From Octopus vulgaris (lineage: Eukaryota), in the NCBI GenBank assembly GCA_951406725.2, contig OX597828.1, positions 68,820,001 through 68,884,000 on the forward strand: a stretch of 64,000 nt of DNA, read 5' to 3'. Under the pieces are notes generated by a model. It had not been told where the DNA came from. It made no database searches and saw nothing but the letters and a program-made list of their open reading frames with translations. A program made the position numbers and the translations under genes. Below are positions 54,667-64,000 of the stretch, piece after piece; position 1 is the first letter of the stretch; every line of letters begins with the position of its first letter.

Positions 54667-55457
54667 GGCGGAGAGTTTACAGATTCGTTACCGCACTGAA
54701 CAAAATGCCTAGCGGCATTTATTCCGTCTATACGTTCTGAGTTCAAATTCTACTGAGGCCAACTTTGCCTTTACTCTTCTAAGGTCGATAAAATAAGTAC
54801 CAGCTGAGTACCAAGGTCGATGTAATCGAATTATCCCCTCCCAGAAACGCTGGCCTTGTGCTAAAACTTGAAACCAGTTTTCATTATTATTAAAGCTGAA
54901 AGTTAGCATACAAAATGCTTGGGGGTATATTTTCCAGCTCTTTACGTTCTGAATTCAAACACCTCCGAAGTCGACGTTGCCTTTCATACTTTCTCGGTCG
55001 ATAAAATAAAGAACCAGTTAGGTAGTTGAACCGATATAATTTATTTGCCCTTCTCCTCAAAATTTCTGACCTAGTGCCAGAAAGAATTAAATTAGTCGAA
55101 AGAATTGAGAGCATCGGAAAAACTGCATTGTGGTAATCCTTTCGGCTCTTTACTTTTTCTATCACATTTGCCTTTCATCCGTTCTTGTTCGATGAAATGA
55201 AAATCTCTCAAAATCAGAAATTGTTATATATATATATATATATATTTTATGCATTCTTTCCGTTTTATCATACTCACTGATGTCGCTACAGTGAGCCGTT
55301 AATCATATCAAGACTGATAAAAAAATTTAGGAGGAGAGGGAGTTGGAGATATAATAGGAATGGCTTTACGTCAGACATGAACACTTGACCCCCAGCTTTT
55401 CAGGACAACTTCTATTTTATCAAAGCCCCTTTAAGATTTGCAAATTGAAAATACACT

Positions 55458-55499
<42 letters not shown>

Positions 55500-55947
55500 G
55501 AAATTTATGTACAATAAATTGGTTATACTTCTACAAGACACAGAGGGCATCATCATGGACTGCTTCCTCATGAAGTGCTTCTTCGTGGCCTATTTCTGGG
55601 CTAGACTGCTCGTTACCTTTTCCAGTTCCAGTCTTCCTGGAGATTGGGGCTGAGTCACTCTGAATAGTTCAAAATGATCCATCAGCCCCGTGCCTCACAG
55701 CCTTATTCAACGGAGTGGACTTGCCTCTTCAGTTTCTAAGCTACAAGTTTTATCATCCTTTTCAGATCATCCTTTGCTCTTGCTTTTACTTTGATGGTAC
55801 AGACACCTGATGGTGACATTTTTGCATACGCTGACCCGGACCTCTCGAGTCCCATTTTTGAGAGGAAAGTTTTTCAATTGTTCCCACTTCTATAACAATG
55901 GCTAGAGAACCAGCTGGTACAGAGGGAGCGAGAAGGAGCACATTGTC

Positions 55948-56057
55948 GGATCAAGTATTCAATGATGGATCAAGTATTCAATGATGGATCAAGTATTCAA
56001 TGATGGATCAAGTATTCAATGATGGATCAAGTATTCAATGATGGATCAAGTATTCAA
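55948..56057. repeat. Perfect 19-bp minisatellite, 5.8 copies
   Basis: GGATCAAGTATTCAATGAT with no spacers. Confidence 0.95.
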
Positions 56058-56266
56058 GAGGCGGCAAATGCTGTGTATTGAAGCGATTTAATCTCCGAAT
56101 ACAGATGCGAACCCAGTCGCTTTCAGTATGGTTTCCAGTAATAAAAGCCGACACTATCGAAACCTAGGCGAGAATTAGCAATAAAACCAGCTTTATTGCT
56201 AACTTTCTCTATGGTGCTAACTTTCTCATGGCGTGAAAGCTATCCTTTGTATTATTTATGTATGTT

Positions 56267-56364
56267 GCGTGGCACCTTGGGCAAGTGTTTTCTGCTATAG
56301 CCCCGGGCCGACCAATGCCTTGTGAGTGGATTTGGTAGACGGAAACTGAAAGAAGCCTGTCGTA

Positions 56365-56412
<48 letters not shown>

Positions 56413-56626
56413 GTGTGTGTATATGTTTGTGTGCCTGTGTTTGTCCCCCTAGTATTGCTTGACAACCGATGCTGGTGTGTTTACGTCCCCGCCACTTAGC
56501 GGTTCGGCAAAAGAGACCGATAGAATAAGTACTGGGCTTACAAAGAATAAGTCCCGGGGTCGATTTGCTCGACTAAAGGCGGTGCTCCAACATGGCCGCA
56601 GTCAAATGTCTGAAACGAGTAAAAGA
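56267..56626 (+). mobile_element. SINE family B, 5'-truncated
   Basis: GCGTGGCACCTTGGGCAAG through to the tail. Confidence 0.85.
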
Positions 56627-57115
56627 TATATATATATATATATTGCCGGTTTTTGCCTCAGTACTTTTTTCTATTGAATATTTTTTGCATATGACTACTA
56701 ACATGGATAGATTCCTGTTGTCGAGATCTATAAAACAAGCTAAAATAAAATATAGATTTATTTAAAGCAAAAAATATTTGGACTCAAAAGTCGATTTCAG
56801 GCGTTATTCTCCCGTTTGTGACCTCACATATTTGAATCAACTGTTTTTTCTACTGAACCAATTTCTCAATTTGTTTTAGCACGAAATGTAGCTTCTGATG
56901 TGAGCAATCTAAAGATGAAAACATAATCTAATTCGGTTAAAAACTGAGTTAGTGGCAAAGCCTAGAAATGGTCGTAAGTGAGTGAATGTTGACCTTAAGA
57001 ATATTATTCACACACTACTGTGTGTGAATAATTACACATGTATGTATATATGTGAGTATATGCATGTGAGCACACACACACACATTGAATTAAATACTAA
57101 GTAATTTACGTAAAG

Positions 57116-57153
<38 letters not shown>

Positions 57154-57556
57154 GTAGATAGATATAATTTTACGTAAGTTACTTAATTTTTAATTTATGA
57201 TAAATCTTTTTGCAAGAGGGAAACCCAAAATGCAAAACAGAAGGAACAAAACGATATCAATAAACACATAATAAAAGAAACACATACACATAGACGAGCG
57301 CGCACGCACACATACATACAGTTGCGCGCATGCGCAGTAGACGTTTTCTCGTTGCAAATTAACGACGTAGTGTAGAAAGTCTAATATATCACTCGTAAAC
57401 CACACTGACCTAGATAAACAAAAACAAAAAAAAAATGCTTTTCAATTTCGAGTTTGTATTTTATTTATTTCCTTTCATTTATTTATTTATTCATTTTTGA
57501 ATAAATGTTGTGCTAAATGGTTTCGTCATAGCATTCGGAGTTCGAATTCACTGTTT

Positions 57557-57975
57557 GGATCTTTTCGGTTTGAACTGCAGTTTTTTCTAGCGGTGTTATA
57601 TGAAATTGTCACCCATAATTATGACCCTAGTATCGATCTATTGCATTTCAATCTGTTTTAGGGTTAGGGTTAGGGGTGGGGGAAAGGGTATCTTTTTTTC
57701 TTCAGAAATGTAAATAAACCCAATCTGTTTCTTAAACGAGGGACATATTCATACGGCATAGAATGTTTTCACCTCAATAGACGTCATTGATTGGTTGACA
57801 TTGCAGAAATTGAAGAAAAAAAACCCAACAAATATCTTACAAACTATAGAATTTTCTCAATAAAGCCAAGAGAAAAATATGTTTTATAAACACATTCTAC
57901 CAGTATATGAAATTTAAAAGTGTTTAGTTACGTGGAAATTATTTTAAAAAACTGCCGTTCAAACCGAAAAGATCC
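57557..57975. mobile_element. Second telomeric-repeat MITE copy, opposite orientation
   Basis: Same GGATCTTTTC TIRs, (TTAGGG)3, flanks CACTGTTT/CACCATTT. Confidence 0.8.
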
Positions 57976-58629
57976 CACCATTTTGCCCCTGCGCAACTCT
58001 GATTGCGTAGACTTACGACCCAAGGTGTTTCAAACCTCAACTTATTCCCCGCTTTTTATGATGTAGTGTATCTAAACTACAACATCAATTGCATCTTTCT
58101 TTTGATTTTTCTGGCTGGTGTAGAGTTATTTGCCGACGTTTCTTCTTAGAAATGTCAACCAAGTCACACGGCACCGTCTTGAAGAGGAAAAAAATATTTC
58201 ATGAAACACTTTCTCTATCGGGGACAAAGAAATCAGAAGAATTTTTGTAAAGAAGACGGACTTTGTCTCCAAAGTGCTCATGCTTATACTGGAACCCCAT
58301 GACCCTTTACGGGCTCTCCGATGATGGAAGAGGAAAAGAAGGGGTCACCTCAGCCCAAATATTTTCAACTGAGTGGACTAAATTAAGGGCACCTAAGTAC
58401 CAGTTAGTGGTGCTAAACTAGATGATGGATTAAGGCAACTACTCATGTAAGCTGAGGCGAGATCTGAACGTAAGACCCCGGAATAGATATCGCAAGGCAT
58501 TTCGTCCACTGGGATAATGACTCTGCCAAATTTAATAAAATGTCAACTTATTTTGGTCTCTGACGTGACACGACGTCCGCGATTATAAAAGTAACCAAGT
58601 TAAAATGTTAAATAACTATGTTTCTACAT

Positions 58630-59351
58630 ATTGATTTCAAATTTTTGTACAAGGCCAGCAAGTTCAGGGGAAGGGCATAGTCGATTACATCGACCCCAGT
58701 ATTCAATAAGTACTTAGTTTACCGAGCCCGAAAGGATGAAAGGCAAAACCGACCTCGACGGAATTTGAACGCAGGACGTAAAGACGGGCGAAATACCGCT
58801 GAGCATTCTTTTCTACTCTAGGCACAAGGATCGAAATTTTAGGGGAGAGAGCCATTCGATTAGATTACGCAACTGGTACTTAATTTATCGACCCCGGAAG
58901 GATGAAAGGCAAACTCGACCTCGGCGAAATACCTATTTTTTAATACCCACAAGGGGCTAAACACATAGAGGACAAACAAGGACGGACAAAGGGATTAAGT
59001 CGATTATATCGACCCCAGTGCGTAACTGGTACTTAATTTATCGACCCCGAAAGGATGGAAGGCAAAGTCGACCTCGGCGGAATTTGATCTCAGAACGTAA
59101 CGGCAGACGAAATACCTATTTCTTTACTGCCCCCAAGGGGCTAAACACAGAGAGGACAAACAAGGACAGATAAAGGGATTAAGTCGATTACATCGACCCC
59201 CAGTGCGTAACTGGTACTTAATTTATCGACCCCCGAAAGGATGAAAGGCAAAGTCGACCTCGGCGGAATTTCAACTCAGAACGTAACGGCAAACGAAATA
59301 CGGCTACGCATTTCGCCCGGCGTGCTAGCGATTCTGCCAGCTCGCCGCCTT
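58630..59351 (-). mobile_element. Tandem array of four SINE A units sharing one head
   Basis: Junctions at 59116/59117, 58933/58934 and ~58805. Confidence 0.85.
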
Positions 59352-60867
59352 ATATGTTTCTCTATATTAACAAAAATATCAGGGAATTGTATGCCTATGG
59401 ATAAATGTATTTAGTATAACGGCCATAGAATAATAATGATCATCATTTTACTTCATTAGAGTCGCATATCCAATAAAGCTATTTAACAGACGATGAGAAC
59501 GTTTATAAAGATAAGCTCAAAACAATAAAACGTTGCATTAAGATTTTTGCTATTCTTCATCTTTATATTGGAAAGAAAAAACAATGACCATCTCGAAACA
59601 TAACAACATTTTTATATTCTTATCTTCATATGGTTACTCGTGTATGTGGTTATTTCCACTTTAGATAATAGTCTGTTTCTATTTTTATCTGCTTGTTTCG
59701 CTTTTATTTCCGCAAAAAAAAAAGGAAAAGAAATGGAGAATTTTCTGCCATTATTTTCATTTCTCATTTCCTTTCATTCCATATTTCCGTTTTACCCCTG
59801 CCTTCTATGTTCTCATTCACCTCCATTGTTAAAAAAACTGCTGCCTTTAAAAGCTCCTGAAAAAGTATTCGTTGTAATCGGCACCCAGCTTAGTGTAAAC
59901 GCTGTGTAATCGGCACCCGGTTTAGTGGGAAATGAACATACACAATAACCAAATAAATTAATTAATTCTCTGAAGGCTGTTTGCAATGGCTTCTGGGAAA
60001 TATAAACTGGTTCCTTTTGCGTCGAATATTCACACATATATATCAACAGCATCAATTTATTATATCGTTTTAGGGCTTACTTAGCACTATTCTCCAGTTT
60101 AAGACTCGGGTTTCCTAGAACAAGGAATTAGTGAAATAAGTTTCGAAAACTTAGAAAAAAATGAAGTGAAATGGGAAACAACGACAAAAAGCAATAAAAA
60201 GGAAAGAAAGATTAATTAATTTAAAATGTCAAGAAAAGTGAACGATGTTTTAAACACCATTTCGAAAATAATTCCTTTTCACTTGAGAAATTTTCAATTG
60301 GTATACCAAGAAAAAATTAATAATAAAGCATTCCAGCTAAGAAAAAATATAACAGATATAAAAATGTCTTAGCTGAATATACATTTCCGAAAGAATTGAT
60401 ATATTTTCTGGAAGTAATTAAAATAAGGCTGAGAACGTAGCTTGTATATCAACAGGTATATTGAAAAGTAAAAAAAAAAGATCAAGTTTGATTGCCATCT
60501 CATAAAATTTAATGAAAGTAAATTTTTGATGAAACGATAAACACAGCCTAAACTTTATTTCTTGATGGTATTTACTTGAATTGCTGGAAAACTTACCTCG
60601 TCACCATTTTTAGTCATTCTTCGAAATTCAGAAAAGATTCTTTTTTCGACTTCTCCCCCGCCGCTTTGAAAGCGCTGGTCATTGAGTCAACTATATAACG
60701 AATAGCTTGTCAAGAAGTCATCAGTTCATATCTATTTCTTTACTACCCACAAGGGGCTAAACACAGAGGGGACAAACAAGGACAGACAAAGGGATTCATA
60801 TCCTGACACCGGTTTTGCAGTGTGTCCATGACCAGCTTTTAGCGAGATTCACTGTGTTGCTAACATC

Positions 60868-61270
60868 GGAGATTGGTGGAGAAGAACCGCCAATCTCCGA
60901 CTTCGCCTGTCTCTCCGGCCCCTTCCATCTGTCCTTCTGCAACGGCGCTTGCGGTGGTTTGGCCATGCATGTAGACGTCCGGTGGGTGAACTGAGCCGTG
61001 ATGTCCTTCTCCCAACTCCACTTCCCAACTGGCGGAAACGCGCGGGCGGGCTGCTGAAGACCTGGGTTACGACGATCAATGAGGACCTCTCCATGCTCAC
61101 AGGACCACAGGTGGTCGGCCTGCGCCGATGGAACCGTGACTGGCTCGCTATCTCCAGTGAACTGGCGCAGGACCGTCGTGCGTGGGCTGCCATGGTTCGA
61201 GATGCCTCGAGGGTGGTAGAAGAAGCCGACTCAACCCGCCCAGGGTGAATGTCGCCACAAGTACAAGTAA
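60868..61270 (+). mobile_element. 5'-truncated RTE-clade LINE, recent insertion
   Basis: Open frame RRLRWFGHACRR..LAQDRRAW; (CAAGTA)n tail; perfect 14-bp TSD GTGTTGCTAACATC. Confidence 0.9.
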
Positions 61271-61844
61271 GTGTTGCTAACATCCCGACCAAGCCTCCAG
61301 CATGAAAAGGACTGGATAACTTTATGCGCCACTTCCTACAGTGCAGTGCCCTCGTTTGTTAGAAGCGGTTCTTCAGTAAAGGCCCACTCTAAATACAACA
61401 CGTATACGTCCCTATAAGTAGCGCATCAAGTGGTCCACATTTAATCACTGACATCTACCAGGATTAGCTACTTACAGTAATCAAAGTACTGGTTAGCAGA
61501 AATCTATGGGTCATGGTTTCTTCCTCCTTTCTTTTTTATCCCACAAGTCTTGGAGTTGCAACAAATGTCATGGGTGGTGCTGCTCTTTATTTGACTAAGT
61601 CTTGAAAAGGTACATTTCACTTTCAAATTTCAAACTGCTCAAACTAACAAGCTATAAATTGATATCAAGTAGAGAGATTTTCATTTCGTATTCCGTCGCC
61701 AATTGGGAGGTATTACACCCGAGACCATGACACTTGGCTCTCAACCGCTTAATCTACTAATCTGTAAGCAGGTTCCTTAGAAAGGCATTATTCACCTCTC
61801 TAAGCCGAAATTATTGTTGTTGACAAAATACGGCAGATATTGAA

Positions 61845-62051
61845 TTCACCTCAATAGATGTCATTGATTGGTTGAAATTGCCGAAATGCAAGAAATTAAA
61901 TAACAAATAGCTTACAAACTACAGAATTTTCTCAAGAAAGCCAAGAGAAAAAGATGTTTTATGTAACACATTCTACCAGTATACGGAGTTTAAAAGTGTT
62001 TAGTTACAAAGAAATCATTTTAAAAATCTGCCGTTCAAAGTGAAAAGATCC
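61845..62051. mobile_element. Partial third copy of the Merlin-like MITE
   Basis: Homology to 57770-57975, ending GAAAAGATCC. Confidence 0.75.
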
Positions 62052-62311
62052 GAAGAATCGTTTGACAATTAATCAATGTTGCCTTATCTTGGAAATTTAA
62101 GTTCAAATCTTATTTCAAACGGACTCGCATAAGACAAAGTATTCCTGTTTGTCCCAACGAAAATATTTCCTCCTCTTATGTAAACACCTATGATTCACAT
62201 CCAAGTTCTATGCCACCAAGGTCTGTTATATGTTCCACTAAGATCTATTCCACCGAGGTCAGTTCCACCGAGGTCAGTTCCACCGAGGTCAGTTCCACCA
62301 AGAGTATCCTA

Positions 62312-62728
62312 TACTCTTTTACTCTTTTACTCTTTTACTTGTTTCAGTCATTTGACTGCGGCCATGCTGGAGCATCGCCTTTAATCGAGCACCTCGACCC
62401 CGGGACTTATTCTTTGTAAGCCCAGTACTTATTCTATCGGTCCATTTTGCCGAACCGCTAAGTGACGGGGACATAAACACACCAGCATCGGTTGTCAAGC
62501 AATGCTAGGGGGACAAACACAGACACACAAACACACACACGCACATATATATATACATATATACGACGGGCTTCTTTCAGTTTCCGTCTACCAAATCCAC
62601 TCACAAGGCTTCGGTCGGCCCGAGGCTATAGTAGAAGACACTTGCCCAAGGTGCCACGCAGTGGAACTGAACCCAGAACCATGTGGCTGGTAAACAAGCT
62701 ACTTACCACACAGCCACTCCTGCACCTA
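62312..62728 (-). mobile_element. SINE family B, full length
   Basis: Complete consensus. Confidence 0.9.
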
Positions 62729-63076
62729 TAACACTTTCAAAATTATATAAAACTGCTTACGTCACATATTTATATGGAGGTGGGTGGACGAAAGCATGTG
62801 ATATATTTACGCCTTTCTTAGAGGCATTAAGCGTGTCACCTTATAAATGAAGCCGGTTCATAAACTCCCTTCGTCGGGTGCTTATTTACCTCTGACTTTA
62901 CTGTATTTGTTGCACGGAGATATAATATTAACATTGTTGAAATACTCTCGTTCATTGTTGCTTTATTCACGCGCAATGCCTGCAGCGGGAGACAAAAGCT
63001 TATGATCCCTTTGCCACAAATATTCGTAGCAGGGTATCACGTCTGCACACCGAATTTGCTTCTACTGCTGCTGCTG

Positions 63077-63146
<70 letters not shown>

Positions 63147-63485
63147 CACCGCTACCCCACCACCACTCTGTAATCACATACGTAGGTATTACATAATACA
63201 ACACGCATAACTGACTCACAGTCACATGAATACAGGTGTAAGAAATCTGTATATGAGTGAATTTCACAGTAACGTGTACTTTAGTGGAATTCCAACTCGC
63301 TGCTCGTATTGCATACAAGCTTTCTTTTATGACTTGTAATCACCGAATCGCTGCAAGAAGCCTCATTTTCTACTGGCGAACATATGAAACACAGACATAA
63401 ACCGGCACGTGCAAGTACAAATATAAAATCATTCACAGTCACATTACTCACGCTCACATGCTTATATCTGTGATATAAACATATG

Positions 63486-63543
<58 letters not shown>

Positions 63544-63705
63544 AATAAATAATTGAGTAGTTGAATGAATTATCTTATTATGGATAATTCGGTTAACCGA
63601 TACCTGGGTAGCAAATTCACGGCAGAGAAACACGGTTGAAGCTACATGCCTAGGGCAGAGATCACGTGCTATCGTGTGGAAATTTGTTTGTTTTTTTAAA
63701 TACTA

Positions 63706-63833
63706 ATAAATGAAAGAATGGAGTTGAACGACGAATTAACAAAATTCCTTTATTTTCGACATATGTTTCGAAACATATGTCGAAAATAAAGGAATTTGGT
63801 TAATTCGCCGTTCAACTCCATTCTTTCATTTAT
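63706..63833. repeat. Loop-less 128-bp palindrome centred on an HHR 3' half
   Basis: 64-bp arms with 2 mismatches; centre TTTC|GAAA-CATATG-TC. Confidence 0.9.
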
Positions 63834-63850
63834 ATATATATATATATATA

Positions 63851-64000
63851 AGTTCGGCAAAATTTAGATTCAGATGAATATGGTACTTAAGTTAAAGGCA
63901 CCAGAATTTTGTATGGTATTATCCATATAAATCAAATGGGGTGATTATAATCAAAATAAGCAACAAGGATATCCAAGGTAGTGTAGTACAATTGTTTCAT
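63851..64000 (-). mobile_element. Penelope-type HHR element truncated by the window end
   Basis: Minus strand begins ATGAAA-CAATTG-TA-CTAC; homologous to 20544-20722. Confidence 0.55.

Noticed and set aside
55530-55900. Possible BEL/Pao C-terminal remnant or exon
   Set aside because: Only vague motif similarity across frameshifts; insufficient support
55948-56057. CRISPR-like direct repeats
   Set aside because: Contiguous 19-bp units with no spacers in a eukaryotic context; a minisatellite
63560-63690. Structured island between TA tracts as a twister, pistol or HDV-like ribozyme
   Set aside because: Could not fit any consensus by eye; needs an Infernal search

Overview
Gene-poor, AT-rich animal genomic DNA, most likely an octopus. 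That call is an inference from the extreme microsatellite load and the abundant tRNA-derived SINE families; no database search was done. No intact host protein-coding gene is supportable, and nearly all ORFs in the track are microsatellite or SINE artefacts. The window is a patchwork of transposable elements: four SINE families; decayed DNA transposons (Tc1, maT-like, a full-length Chapaev3, Helitrons, Merlin-like and piggyBac-like MITEs); LINE remnants (L1/Tx1, RTE, R4/Dong); a Gypsy gag fragment; a decayed Penelope element (RT + GIY-YIG); and a tRNA-Gln pseudogene. The main unexplained signal is about a dozen type I minimal hammerhead ribozyme (HHR) motifs, plus several half-motifs, in short non-coding elements mostly embedded in (TA)n tracts. 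These include a 1-kb retrozyme-like element with three HHRs and a predicted 423-nt cleavage monomer (15844-16881), a tRNA-headed SINE with an HHR and a Penelope-type inverted tail (1310-1600), and a dense HHR cluster around the decayed Penelope element (30.4-35.1 kb). All structures were read by eye; coordinates of degraded elements are approximate.
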